Source: an uncultured Bacilli bacterium (GTDB taxonomy: Bacteria > Bacillota_I > Bacilli_A > RF39 > UBA660). Taken from it: a DNA stretch of 64,000 bases. The stretch is from NCBI GenBank assembly GCA_934096945.1, contig CAKOND010000004.1, positions 18,569 through 82,568 on the forward strand. Reading direction: 5' to 3'. This document shows positions 50,704 through 60,725 of this stretch, piece by piece. Below the pieces are notes generated by a model. It searched no databases. It saw only the letters and a list, made by a program, of their open reading frames with translations, and was not told where the DNA came from. Numbering within the stretch: the stretch's first letter is position 1; every line of letters starts with the position of its first letter. Made by a program: the position numbers and the translations under genes.

Positions 50704-51812
50704 ATGAAGAACAAAACAAACAAAGAAAAAAAATAGTTTATTATTTAATTGCATTTTTTGTAGGATGCTTGGCTATGTATGCTGTTGTATATTTTTTTCC
50801 AACTAGTATAACTGAAAATATTACTAAACTTGAAAAAGATGTTACAGTTACTGATAAAGGTATTGCTGATGCTGTTGAAAAGGTTTATGATGCTGTGGTA
50901 GTTGTTTCTACTTATAAAGATCAAACTTTGATATCATCTGGTACTGGATTTGTATATAAAAAAGATAGTAATAACTACTATATTTTGACTAATCATCATG
51001 TTATTGATGGTGGTAATAAGGTAACTGTTACGTTTACAAGTAAAGATGCTGTAGAAACTAAAGTAGTTGGTTCTGATCAATATGCTGATATTGCAGTTTT
51101 AAGCTTAGAAAGTACAAAAGATTTGGCTGTTGCTGAACTTGGTAAAAGTGCAGATTTAAGAGTTGGTGATACAGCGTTTGCAGTTGGTGCACCACTTGAT
51201 ACTGCTTATTCTTGGACTGTTACGAGAGGTATTGTGTCTGGTAAAGAAAGAGAAGTTGCTGTTTCCCTTAATAATTCGAGAAGTAATGATTATGTTATGA
51301 AAGTTTTACAGACTGATGCAGCAATAAATTCAGGTAATAGCGGTGGACCTTTATGTAATAGTAATGGTGAAGTAATTGGTATTACATCACTTAAACTTGT
51401 AAGTAGTGGTGTTGAAGGTATGGGATTTGCTATTCCAATTGAAAATGCTATTACTAAGGCTGAACAAATTATAAGTGGTGAGTCTTATGAATATCCTTAT
51501 TTAGGTATTCAAATGCTAGATATTACTGATGCTTATAGTTTATATCAATATTATGATTTAATTAAATCTTCTGGTCTTTCTAGTGGTGTTCTTGTTGCAA
51601 GTATAGAAAAAGGTAGTCCAGCTAGTAAAGCTAAATTTGAAACAAATGATATAATTACTAAAATAGATGGTAATGAAGTTAAAAACTTGGCTTATTTAAG
51701 ATATTATTTGTATCAACATAAAGTAGGAGACACTATTAAAGTTACAGTTTATAGAGATGGAAAAACTAAAGAACTTAGTGTTACTTTAGGAACAAATAAG
51801 CAAACGACATAG
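50700..51812 (+). CDS. htrA: HtrA/DegP-family S1C serine protease with PDZ domain
   Basis: N-terminal TM anchor. Catalytic triad contexts TNHHVI, DIAVL, GNSGGPL. C-terminal PDZ domain. Confidence 0.88.
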   Translation: MNEEQNKQRKKIVYYLIAFFVGCLAMYAVVYFFPTSITENITKLEKDVTVTDKGIADAVEKVYDAVVVVSTYKDQTLISSGTGFVYKKDSNNYYILTNHHVIDGGNKVTVTFTSKDAVETKVVGSDQYADIAVLSLESTKDLAVAELGKSADLRVGDTAFAVGAPLDTAYSWTVTRGIVSGKEREVAVSLNNSRSNDYVMKVLQTDAAINSGNSGGPLCNSNGEVIGITSLKLVSSGVEGMGFAIPIENAITKAEQIISGESYEYPYLGIQMLDITDAYSLYQYYDLIKSSGLSSGVLVASIEKGSPASKAKFETNDIITKIDGNEVKNLAYLRYYLYQHKVGDTIKVTVYRDGKTKELSVTLGTNKQTT

Positions 51813-51840
51813 TTTGCTTATTTAACTTTTTGGAGGGTAT

Positions 51841-52452
51841 ATGAAATTAAAAAGATTTGTGGCATATTTAATTGATATTTTACTTGTGGGTTTTATTGCT
51901 TCCGCTATTGCAAGTATTGATGTATTAAATCCTTATTATGATGATTATTTAGATGCTTATGATAAGTTTAATGAAACACTAGATAAAGTTGATGAAAGTA
52001 ATGTAATTGATGTAGTTACAAGTGGTGATTTTACTCTTGAATATAAAAGTGTTTTAAAATATGGTGCTTGTACTTCAATTATTTCCGTTTCTTGTTATTT
52101 ACTTTACTTTGTTGGTTTTCAAAAATGGAATAAAAATCAAACTATTGGGAAGAAACTTATGAAAATTAAAGTTGTTAATAAAGATGGTAGTGATAATGTA
52201 AGTATATGGAGATATGCCGTAAGAACAATATTTGCTTATAATTTGTTTTTTAATAGTTTAGGCATTTGTATAGCATTTTATTTTAGTGGAAAATCTTTCT
52301 TAATAACATTTATGGTTGTTAGTTTGCTGGGGTATTTAATTACTTATGCTGGTTATTTAATGATTTTGTTTAAAAAAGATGGAAGAGGTATTCATGATAT
52401 GATTGGTGCTACTAAAGTTGTGGAGGTAGAAAATGTCCCTTGTGAAAGTTAA
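51841..52452 (+). CDS. RDD-family membrane protein
   Basis: 203 aa with three TM segments and an RDD-like layout. Its 3' end overlaps the first remnant of the ybaK pseudogene. Confidence 0.55.
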   Translation: MKLKRFVAYLIDILLVGFIASAIASIDVLNPYYDDYLDAYDKFNETLDKVDESNVIDVVTSGDFTLEYKSVLKYGACTSIISVSCYLLYFVGFQKWNKNQTIGKKLMKIKVVNKDGSDNVSIWRYAVRTIFAYNLFFNSLGICIAFYFSGKSFLITFMVVSLLGYLITYAGYLMILFKKDGRGIHDMIGATKVVEVENVPCES

Positions 52453-52800
52453 AGAATATTTAAAATAATATGGAAAAGATAAAGAAATAATAGAGTTTAA
52501 TGAGTCTAGTGCAACAGTTAGTGAAGTATTGGATGTGGTGAAACAGATATTGCAAAAACTTAATCATATATAGTTGATGGTAAACCTATTTTAATTGTCA
52601 TGGCTGGTGATAAAAGAAGTGATAATCATAAATATATAGCGAATTTTCATGAAAAAACTCATATGATACCAAAAGAAAATTTAGTGGAATTAATTGGTCA
52701 TGAAGCTGGTGGTGTATGTCCATTATTATTCTATTTAAGTTTCTTGAAATTATGTTCATTCTTTGACATAGCCAATATTTTGTTTTGCCATTTTTCTTAA
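52441..52800 (+). pseudogene. ybaK: Decayed Cys-tRNA(Pro)/aa-tRNA deacylase YbaK/ProX (at least two frameshifts or stops)
   Basis: Three consecutive frames give MSLVKVKEYLK*, YGKDKEIIEFNESSATVSEVLDVVKQILQKLNHI*, and VDGKPILIVMAGDKRSDNHKYIANFHEKTHMIPKENLVELIGHEAGGVCPL. Together these are collinear with YbaK (MSLERVREYL…VEF.ESTATVEEAAE…LVF.KGDKPVLVVVPGDKRVDLKKLA……EEVEELTGYEVGGVSPFG). Confidence 0.7.
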
Positions 52801-52947
52801 GTAGTTCCGTTATATTTAATTTTATCATAATGTATTCTCCTTATAGACTTATTTTATCTAATAAGAAAAATATAAATAAGATACTTGCATTACCCCTTTT
52901 TTGGTTTATAATGTTAATCAAGATAGGAGTATACATAATGAAATAAT

Positions 52948-52980
52948 AAAACCAGCAAGTTTAAATGCTTGCTGGTTTTA
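52948..52980. terminator. Bidirectional terminator hairpin
   Basis: Stem ACCAGCAAG(T)/(G)CTTGCTGGT with a 6-nt loop, then TTTT. Overlaps the stop of the minus-strand Cys-rich ORF. Confidence 0.6.
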
Positions 52981-53524
52981 GTCTTATTCTTGCTTTACCT
53001 AAATCTTCTTCAGGTGTTTTGATTGTATAATCTAAATTTGCATTACTTAGTGCATAGCCAAATTTATTCTTTAGCTCATTTACCATGTTTGTGTAGATTT
53101 GAACTGCACTTTCATAACGATTTTGCTTAATTAAATCATAACATGGTATTATGTATTTATGCGCTAGGACTATTGAATCAATTACTGGACACTTTGCTAA
53201 TTCGTTACTTATTACAGGCCCAATAATGTCATATTCTTGTAGTAAATCTTTACCTGAATTAGTTTTCTTTAAATAATTTTCTCTGATAAATCTCAGCGTT
53301 TGTAAGACATCGCAATTGTCTTCATATCCAAGAATTTCACAAACTATTGTAGTTATGAAGCAACCAGATGGCTGATAACCTCCTTCAAGTTTTTTTACAT
53401 AGCTATAACATGCTTTTTCACTTGCGTCTTTATATTTGCAAGTTTCTGTACAGTAATATCTGTCTCCCCAGTATTCTTTTTGATTTTTGTCAAAATGCGC
53501 ACAATTTCCACAGTAATCTGCCAT
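52961..53524 (-). CDS. Hypothetical cysteine-rich protein (187 aa; N-terminal CxxC…C…C zinc-ribbon-like region plus a CFITTIVC motif)
   Basis: Intact ORF on the opposite strand, with RBS GGGGG-aatagtaaaATG. Twelve Cys in the first 75 residues. No family recognised. Confidence 0.5.
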   Translation of the reverse strand: MADYCGNCAHFDKNQKEYWGDRYYCTETCKYKDASEKACYSYVKKLEGGYQPSGCFITTIVCEILGYEDNCDVLQTLRFIRENYLKKTNSGKDLLQEYDIIGPVISNELAKCPVIDSIVLAHKYIIPCYDLIKQNRYESAVQIYTNMVNELKNKFGYALSNANLDYTIKTPEEDLGKARIRLKPASI

Positions 53525-53649
53525 TTTACTATTCCCCCTTCTTGAGTAATATATATTATAGTCTTTTTTTATAAAAAGTCAAGCTTTTTAATTGTAAGGC
53601 ACTTGACAATTTTTAATTAATGTATTAATATTGTATGGCGGTGGTGGAT

Positions 53650-54102
53650 ATGGAAGATAGATTGCTTTATAATCTAAATTTGTTAAATAAGCTTATTGCG
53701 AGAGAATTTATCTGTAATAACAAGGATTTGTTTAATGGTGAACCCAGTGCAACTCAGATGATTATTATGGATTATATTTTAAATCATCAAGATGAAGATA
53801 TTTATCAAAGAGATTTAGAAGAAGTGCTTCACTTAAGGAGAGCCACTGTTTCTGGAGTTCTTCAAACTATGGAAAAACATGGACTAGTTGAAAGAGTTTT
53901 GTGTGAGAAAGATGTTAGATGTAAGAAAATTATTTTAAAAGAAAAAGCTAAGAAAATGTTTGATATGAAAAGAATGGAATTCTATAAAATGGAAGAAGTT
54001 GTTAAAGAAGGCTTAAGTGAAGAAGAAATTGAAATATTTTGTCATATAATAAAAAGAATGCAAAATAATATAAATAAATATGCAAATAGAAGAAAGGATT
54101 AA
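53650..54102 (+). CDS. MarR-family transcriptional regulator
   Basis: Winged-HTH block QRDLEEVLHLRRATVSGVLQTMEKHGLVERV. Start probably ATG 53650 (MEDRLLY) after GGTGGTGGA. Directly upstream of the ABC exporter pair. Confidence 0.8.
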   Translation: MEDRLLYNLNLLNKLIAREFICNNKDLFNGEPSATQMIIMDYILNHQDEDIYQRDLEEVLHLRRATVSGVLQTMEKHGLVERVLCEKDVRCKKIILKEKAKKMFDMKRMEFYKMEEVVKEGLSEEEIEIFCHIIKRMQNNINKYANRRKD

Positions 54103-54104
54103 TT

Positions 54105-55868
54105 ATGTTTAAATTATTAAAAAGTTTTAGAAAAAAAGAATGGTTAATTACTATAGTTAGCACCTGTTTAATAGTAATGCAAGTATGGCTTGAATTAAAG
54201 ATGCCTGATTATATGTCAAAAGTTACTATTTTAGTGCAAACTGAAGGAAGTAAAATGTCCGACATTTTAATAAATGGTGGATATATGCTTTTGTGTGCTT
54301 TTGGTAGCTTAGTTGGAGCTGTTATTGTTGGCTATTTAATTGCTATATTATCTGCAGGGTTTTCTAAGAGACTTAGAGGTAAACTATTTAGAAAAGTGGA
54401 AGAAATGTCCATGAGTGAAGTGAAAGATTTTTCAACTAATAGTTTGATTACGAGAACTACGAATGATATTACACACGTAGAAATGTTTGTGGGATTTGGC
54501 TTACAATTATTAATTAAAGCTCCGGTTACAGCTGTTTGGGCTATAACTAAAATACTTAATAAGAGTTGGGAATGGAGTATGGTAACAGCTGTTGCTGTAG
54601 TTATTTTACTTGTTGTAATTGGGATTTTAACAATTATTGTGCTTCCTAAATTTAAGATTGTACAAAAGTTAACAGATAAATTAAATGAAGTTACAAGAGA
54701 AAATTTAACTGGTATAAGAGTTGTTAGAGCTTTTAATGCTGAAGATTATCAAGAAAAGAAGTTTAAAAATGTAAATGATGATTTAACTAATTTACAATTA
54801 TTTAATCAAAAATCAATGTCAATTATGTCACCAGTTATGTATTTAATCATGTATATGTTAACACTTATTATATATTTTATAGGTGCTTACCTTATTAAAG
54901 ATGCAATGATGGCTGATAAAATAGCATTATTTGGTGATATGGTAGTATTTTCATCTTATGCAATGCAAATTATTATGTCATTCTTGATGCTTGCTATGAT
55001 ATTTATGATTTTACCAAGAGCAGAGGTTTCTGCATCAAGAATTAATGAAGTACTTGATACCGATATTAGTGTTAAAGATGGTAATGTAGAAACTAAAAAA
55101 GAAGTTGGTACAATTGAATTTAAAAATGTATCATTTAAGTATCCTGATGCTGAAGAATATGTTCTAAGAAATATATCATTTAAAGCAAATAAAGGAGATA
55201 CTGTGGCATTTATTGGTTCAACAGGTTCAGGTAAATCAACTTTGGTTAATTTAGTTGTAAGATTTTACGATGTAACTGAAGGAGAAATACTTGTTGATGG
55301 TATAAATATTAAAGATTATAAACTTGAATATTTATATAAATTAATTGGTTATGTTCCTCAGAAGGTAGTTATGTTTAATGGAACAGTTAATTCTAATATT
55401 GCTTATGGGGAAGCTAAAGAAGAAATAACTGATAGTAGAATAAAGGAAGCAGCAAAAGTTGCACAAGCAGATGATTTTGTGTCAAAAATGGATGATGGAT
55501 ATGCATCTCATATAGCTCAAGGCGGCACGAATGTTTCTGGTGGTCAAAAACAAAGACTTGCTATTGCACGTGCCATAGCTAAAAATTCGGAAATATATAT
55601 TTTCGATGACTCATTTTCTGCTTTAGACTACAAAACTGATGCTGTTCTTCGTAAAGAGCTAAAAAAATATATGAAAGACGCAACTAGTTTAATTGTTGCT
55701 CAAAGAATTGGTACAATAATGAATGCTGATAAAATAATAGTTCTTGATAATGGAACATCTGTTGGTGTTGGTACACATGAAGAACTATTAAAGAGTTGTG
55801 AAGTTTATAAAGAAATTGCTTTATCACAACTTTCAAAGGAGGAATTAGATAATGCCAAGACCAAATAG
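54105..55868 (+). CDS. ABC exporter, fused permease-ATPase, subunit 1 of a heterodimer
   Basis: Six TM helices, then Walker A GSTGSGKST, signature VSGGQKQRLAIARA and Walker B IYIFDDSFSALD. Confidence 0.88.
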   Translation: MFKLLKSFRKKEWLITIVSTCLIVMQVWLELKMPDYMSKVTILVQTEGSKMSDILINGGYMLLCAFGSLVGAVIVGYLIAILSAGFSKRLRGKLFRKVEEMSMSEVKDFSTNSLITRTTNDITHVEMFVGFGLQLLIKAPVTAVWAITKILNKSWEWSMVTAVAVVILLVVIGILTIIVLPKFKIVQKLTDKLNEVTRENLTGIRVVRAFNAEDYQEKKFKNVNDDLTNLQLFNQKSMSIMSPVMYLIMYMLTLIIYFIGAYLIKDAMMADKIALFGDMVVFSSYAMQIIMSFLMLAMIFMILPRAEVSASRINEVLDTDISVKDGNVETKKEVGTIEFKNVSFKYPDAEEYVLRNISFKANKGDTVAFIGSTGSGKSTLVNLVVRFYDVTEGEILVDGINIKDYKLEYLYKLIGYVPQKVVMFNGTVNSNIAYGEAKEEITDSRIKEAAKVAQADDFVSKMDDGYASHIAQGGTNVSGGQKQRLAIARAIAKNSEIYIFDDSFSALDYKTDAVLRKELKKYMKDATSLIVAQRIGTIMNADKIIVLDNGTSVGVGTHEELLKSCEVYKEIALSQLSKEELDNAKTK

Positions 55869-58116
55869 AGAAGTAGCAAAAGCTAAAGACTTTAAGGGTG
55901 CTATAAAAAGATTAATTAATGAGTTATCTGAATTTAAAAAATTAACTATAATTGCATTAGTTTTAGCAGCTTTAGGTGCTATTCTTACTATAGTAACACC
56001 TGATATTTTGTCTAATTTAACTGATGAAATATCAAACGGTTTAGTTATGAATAAAGATAATTTTGAAAAAATTACTAAAGAAGTGACTAATAGTTTGAAT
56101 GAGGAAAATATTAGTAAAGTTATTAAAATAGACTTTAGTGAAAAAAATATAGGCAGTATTATGATGGATAATGGTATTTCTTCAGAAGATAAACAAAGTT
56201 TTCAAAAAATACTTGAGGAAATGCAAAGTAATCCTGATAGTGGAATGAAGTTAATTGCCAGTGTTCCGGATAGTATTTTAAGTAAACTTGTTGTAAGTTA
56301 TACAGAAGATACAATTAAATTTATTAAGAGTTTAAGTGGTAATGTAGAAGTTCCAGATAGTATTGCTAAGGAGTTATTTCACGAATTTGAAATCGATGGC
56401 GTTAAAATAAGTGTAAATGATCAAAAAGAATTTTTGAAAATTGTAAGTAGATTGAATGAAAATATGGATGCAACTAGTATATATGCAAAAGTAGATGAAA
56501 TGCCTAGTTCTATAAAAACACTTGTTGAACCATATATGAATATAGATAGAATAAAAAATATAGCTATAGTTTTAGTCACTATTTATTTAATTAGTGCAGT
56601 ATTTACTTATTTTGAGTCAATACTTATGTGCGATGTTTCAAATAATTTTGCAAGAAAACTACGTGGTAATATTTCAAGTAAAATAAATAAGTTGCCACTT
56701 AAATATTTTGATAAACATGCAATTGGGGATACCTTATCAAGAGTAACAAATGATGTTGATATAATTGCTCAATCTATGAACCAATCATTATCAACTTTGG
56801 TTAGCACAATTACATTATTTGTGGGTACTACAATTATGATGTTTGTAACAAATTGGGTTATGGCAATTACTGCAATACTTGCGAGTTTATTTGGGTTTGT
56901 ATTTATGGCAGTTGTTTTAGGTAAATCACAAAAATATTTTGTGGCTAAACAAAAAGAACTTGGGGCTTTAAATGGTCATATTGAAGAAGTATATTCAGGG
57001 CTTAATGTTGTTAAAACATATAATGGTCAAAAAATATCAAATGGAAAGTTTGAAGAATTAAATGATAAATTATATAAAGCTAATTGGAAGAGTGAGTTTT
57101 TATCTGGACTTATGATGCCAATGATGAATTTTATCGGTAACTTTGGCTATGTTGCTGTGTGTGTCGTTGGAGCATTACTTGCTTTAAATGGTCATATTAG
57201 TTTTGGAGTAATCGTAGCATTTATTGTTTATGTAAGGTTGTTTGTTTCTCCGCTTTCTCAAATTGCTCAAGCTATGACTAGTTTACAATCAACTGCAGCA
57301 GCTAGCGAAAGAGTATTTGAATTCTTAGATGAAAAAGAAATGCTTGATGAAAGTAAATTAACAAAATTCTTGGATAAAAAAGAAGTAAAAGGTAATATTG
57401 AATTTAAAAATGTTGAATTTAAATATGATGGTAATGAAACTCCAACAATTAAGAACTTTAGTGCTAAAGCAAAAGCAGGCCAAAAGATAGCTATTGTGGG
57501 ACCTACAGGTGCTGGTAAGACTACGATGGTAAATTTACTTATGAAGTTCTATGGTATTAATAGTGGAGAAATACTTATTGATGGTGTTTCTACGAAAGAA
57601 TTAACTAGAGAAAATGTTCATAGTTTATTTACAATGGTTCTTCAAGATACTTGGGTGTTTAATGGCACTGTCAGGGATAATATTGTTTATAATACTGAAA
57701 ATGTAACTGATAAAGAAGTAGAAAGTGTTTGTAAAACCGTTGGACTTGACCATTTCATTAAAACCTTACCTGATGGATATAATACTATATTAAGTGATAA
57801 TGATTCTGTTTCTGCAGGTCAAAGACAACTTTTAACTATTGCTCGTGGTATGTTGCAAGATGCACCATTCTTAATTTTGGATGAAGCTACAAGTAATGTT
57901 GATACGAGAACTGAAGAATTAGTGCAAAAAGCAATGGATAAGTTAACTCATGGTAAAACTTCATTTATAATTGCTCACAGATTATCAACAATAAAAAATG
58001 CTGATTTAATACTTGTTATGAATAATGGTAATATAATTGAACAAGGAAATCATGAAGAACTTATGAAACAAAAAGGCTTTTATGCGGATTTGTATAATTC
58101 CCAATTTAAGTTATAA
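55852..58116 (+). CDS. ABC exporter subunit 2, with an approximately 200-aa insertion between TM1 and TM2
   Basis: Walker A GPTGAGKTT, signature VSAGQRQLLTIARG, Walker B LILDEATSNVD. A hydrophilic segment (about residues 50-235) lies between the first two TM helices. Confidence 0.85.
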   Translation: MPRPNREVAKAKDFKGAIKRLINELSEFKKLTIIALVLAALGAILTIVTPDILSNLTDEISNGLVMNKDNFEKITKEVTNSLNEENISKVIKIDFSEKNIGSIMMDNGISSEDKQSFQKILEEMQSNPDSGMKLIASVPDSILSKLVVSYTEDTIKFIKSLSGNVEVPDSIAKELFHEFEIDGVKISVNDQKEFLKIVSRLNENMDATSIYAKVDEMPSSIKTLVEPYMNIDRIKNIAIVLVTIYLISAVFTYFESILMCDVSNNFARKLRGNISSKINKLPLKYFDKHAIGDTLSRVTNDVDIIAQSMNQSLSTLVSTITLFVGTTIMMFVTNWVMAITAILASLFGFVFMAVVLGKSQKYFVAKQKELGALNGHIEEVYSGLNVVKTYNGQKISNGKFEELNDKLYKANWKSEFLSGLMMPMMNFIGNFGYVAVCVVGALLALNGHISFGVIVAFIVYVRLFVSPLSQIAQAMTSLQSTAAASERVFEFLDEKEMLDESKLTKFLDKKEVKGNIEFKNVEFKYDGNETPTIKNFSAKAKAGQKIAIVGPTGAGKTTMVNLLMKFYGINSGEILIDGVSTKELTRENVHSLFTMVLQDTWVFNGTVRDNIVYNTENVTDKEVESVCKTVGLDHFIKTLPDGYNTILSDNDSVSAGQRQLLTIARGMLQDAPFLILDEATSNVDTRTEELVQKAMDKLTHGKTSFIIAHRLSTIKNADLILVMNNGNIIEQGNHEELMKQKGFYADLYNSQFKL

Positions 58117-58117
58117 A

Positions 58118-58141
58118 GAGTGCTTAGGCATTCTTTTTTTG
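58118..58141 (+). terminator. Rho-independent terminator after the ABC operon
   Basis: Stem AGAGTGC/GCATTCT with a 3-nt loop, then a T8 tract. Confidence 0.55.
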
Positions 58142-58279
58142 AAAATGTAATAATTTATTTTTTTTACATAATGAAAGCATTTAAAACTAAGTATTTTTAT
58201 GATATACTGGAGTTGAATTTAAATTTGAAAAAACTATATATAGGTGTTATAATAATTCCTAATTTAGGAGGTGACTTTT

Positions 58280-58981
58280 TTGCATAATAAAATTTTGGTA
58301 GCAGAAGATGATATGGATATAGTAGAACTTCTTAAACTTTATTTAGAAAGTAATGGTTTTGAAGTGACATCAACATATGATGGACTTGAAGCTTTGGATG
58401 CTTTTAAAAAAGGTAATTACGATATTATAATTGCAGATTTAATGATGCCCGGTTTAAATGGTTATGAACTTATTAAAATTGTAAGAGAAACAAGTAATAT
58501 TCCAATTGTCATTGCATCTGCTAAAAATATGGATAGCGATAAGGTTCTGGGACTTGATATAGGTGCTGATGCTTATATAACTAAACCATTTAATCCTTTG
58601 GAATTAGTTGCTTATGTTAAAGCACTTCTTCGTAGATATTATGAATTTAAAAGTTCTAATAATGAAATTAATACCTTAAATGTTGGTGAACTTTCTCTTG
58701 ATTTAAGCAAATACATCTTTATGAAAAATAATAAAATTGTGCCTCTTACATCGACTGAAATTAAAATACTGGCAATGATGATGAAGTCACCTGGTAAAGT
58801 ATTTACGAGGAGCCAAATTTATGAATGTATTAATGGTAATTTTTATGATACTGATGATAATACTATGATGGTACATATTTCAAATATAAGGGGGAAAATT
58901 GAGGATAATCCTGCAAAACCAGAGTATATAAAAACAGTTAGGGGGTTAGGTTATAAGCTTGAAAACAAAGAAGAGTTATAG
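58280..58981 (+). CDS. OmpR-family response regulator
   Basis: Receiver domain (ILVAEDD…IIIADLMMPG) plus a winged-helix trans_reg_C domain. The likely start is TTG 58280, 7 nt after RBS GGAGGTG. Confidence 0.85.
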   Translation: MHNKILVAEDDMDIVELLKLYLESNGFEVTSTYDGLEALDAFKKGNYDIIIADLMMPGLNGYELIKIVRETSNIPIVIASAKNMDSDKVLGLDIGADAYITKPFNPLELVAYVKALLRRYYEFKSSNNEINTLNVGELSLDLSKYIFMKNNKIVPLTSTEIKILAMMMKSPGKVFTRSQIYECINGNFYDTDDNTMMVHISNIRGKIEDNPAKPEYIKTVRGLGYKLENKEEL

Positions 58982-60548
58982 TTTTAGCAAATATATTATT
59001 ATTCAATTTGCTATTTACACATTAATTATTTTAGGTGTTACTTTATTAACATATTTATCAATTAATTGGAGGCTTAACAATAGTTTTTTAGTATTGGATG
59101 ATTTTCTTCTTTATAAAGAAAAACTTGAGTATGAAGATTATGATGGCATTCCGATGGCTAAGTTTCCTGGATGTGATTTTGCCATATATGATGAAAATAA
59201 TGAACTTATTTATACCACAGATGGTGGTGTAAATGATATTGTCGATGGTGATGACTTAGAGTTTGTTAATGATTATAGTGGAACATATTATTATAATATT
59301 TTTAATTACAAAGAAAAAAATAGAGATAAGATTTATAAAATTTATAAAACTTTATATGACACTGAAAGTAATGAAGAAATTGTGGTTGGAAATGCTAAAT
59401 TAAATGAAGACTTGGAAATAGTTGATGGCAATCTTTTTAATGAGAAAAATAGTTTAACTGAAAGAGAACTTGATTTATTAAATGGGTATTATAATGATGA
59501 ACAAATGGTAGAAAAATATGAATTTACTACATCTTATGATTATGATACTGAAATTGGTGGGAAAAGAACTTTGCTTTTTATGTCACCGACATTTACATCA
59601 GAGAGCTATGATACTGCGGTTGCTGATGCTAATAAAGTGTGGTTTATTTCTATTCCAATTTTAATAATAATTATTATAATTGAAACTTATATATTTAATC
59701 GTAGAGTCAAAAAAAGTTTAAAAGAGTTGAATAGAGTTATTTCATCTTATGAAAATGAAGAGATAATTGTTAAAGATACTAATTTACCAAAAGAATTTGA
59801 TGAAGTTGCGGAAAGTTTTGAAAATTTAATGGAAAAGTTAAAGAAATCTAATGAAGAAAAAATGAAAATTTATGAAGATAAACAAAGGTCTATTGCTAAT
59901 TTATCTCATGATTTGAAAACCCCCCTTACAGTTATTAGTGGTTATTCGAAGGCATTTTTAGATGATTTAGTACCAGATAATAAGAAAAGACGATATATGG
60001 AAAGCATCAATAAAAAAGCGCTTGTTGCAACAGATGCTATTGACTCATTGTTTTTATATACACATATGAATAATTCCGAGTATAACTTATGTAGAGAAAA
60101 AATTGATATAGTAACATTTACTAAAGAATATTTAGCGGAAAAATATAATGAAATTGAGTCTGCTGGTATGTTTTTAGAAGTAGATATTGAAGAGAGTAAA
60201 ATAATGTTTGACGTTGATAAAAACGCTTTCAGAAGAATATATGAGAATATAATAAATAATTCTATTAAATACAATAAAAAGGGTACAAAGATATATTTTA
60301 AAATGTGGAAAGATAAAACATTAAATATAGTAATCGGGGATAATGGTATTGGAATTGATAAAGAAATAAAGGATAAATTATTTGAGCCATTTGTTACAAG
60401 TAATAAAGCTAGGACATCTGGTGAGGGTACTGGACTAGGACTTGCAATTGTTAAAAACTTTGTGGAACTTCATGATGGTGAAATAGTTTTAGTAAGTAAA
60501 ACACAAAGAAAAATGAATACCGAGTTTTTAATGAGATTTAAAATTTAA
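58959..60548 (+). CDS. Sensor histidine kinase with a large extracytoplasmic domain
   Basis: Two TM helices flank an extracellular domain of about 180 aa. H-box SHDLKTPLT. HATPase_c motifs (N box, GDNGIGI, GTGLGLAIV). Translationally coupled to the response regulator. Confidence 0.85.
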   Translation: MKTKKSYSFSKYIIIQFAIYTLIILGVTLLTYLSINWRLNNSFLVLDDFLLYKEKLEYEDYDGIPMAKFPGCDFAIYDENNELIYTTDGGVNDIVDGDDLEFVNDYSGTYYYNIFNYKEKNRDKIYKIYKTLYDTESNEEIVVGNAKLNEDLEIVDGNLFNEKNSLTERELDLLNGYYNDEQMVEKYEFTTSYDYDTEIGGKRTLLFMSPTFTSESYDTAVADANKVWFISIPILIIIIIIETYIFNRRVKKSLKELNRVISSYENEEIIVKDTNLPKEFDEVAESFENLMEKLKKSNEEKMKIYEDKQRSIANLSHDLKTPLTVISGYSKAFLDDLVPDNKKRRYMESINKKALVATDAIDSLFLYTHMNNSEYNLCREKIDIVTFTKEYLAEKYNEIESAGMFLEVDIEESKIMFDVDKNAFRRIYENIINNSIKYNKKGTKIYFKMWKDKTLNIVIGDNGIGIDKEIKDKLFEPFVTSNKARTSGEGTGLGLAIVKNFVELHDGEIVLVSKTQRKMNTEFLMRFKI

Positions 60549-60570
60549 TAAGTAATTTGTTGCTAAAATA

Positions 60571-60604
60571 AAACAAGTACATACATGTATGTACTTGTTT
60601 TTAT
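60571..60604 (+). terminator. Strong rho-independent terminator
   Basis: Perfect 30-bp palindrome AAACAAGTACATACATGTATGTACTTGTTT, then TTTTAT. Confidence 0.75.
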
Positions 60605-60725
60605 ATTATAATAAATATATTTTATAAAGTGGCTAAAAGTCAAATTCAATTTCTTAATAAAAATTAAGATTTGGTTAAGAAATAATTTATTATATTAATG
60701 TATAATTATTTTGAGGTAAAAATAT

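Noticed and set aside
52598-52828. 76-aa minus-strand ORF and the 66-aa plus-strand ORF at 52600..52800
   Set aside because: The plus-strand ORF is just the last in-frame fragment of the ybaK pseudogene. The minus-strand ORF is antisense to it.
53368-53574. 68-aa plus-strand ORF antisense to the Cys-rich gene
   Set aside because: No RBS and a low-complexity product. The Cys-rich minus-strand ORF has far better coding character.
59942-60274. 110-aa minus-strand ORF inside the histidine kinase gene
   Set aside because: Antisense to conserved HATPase motifs.
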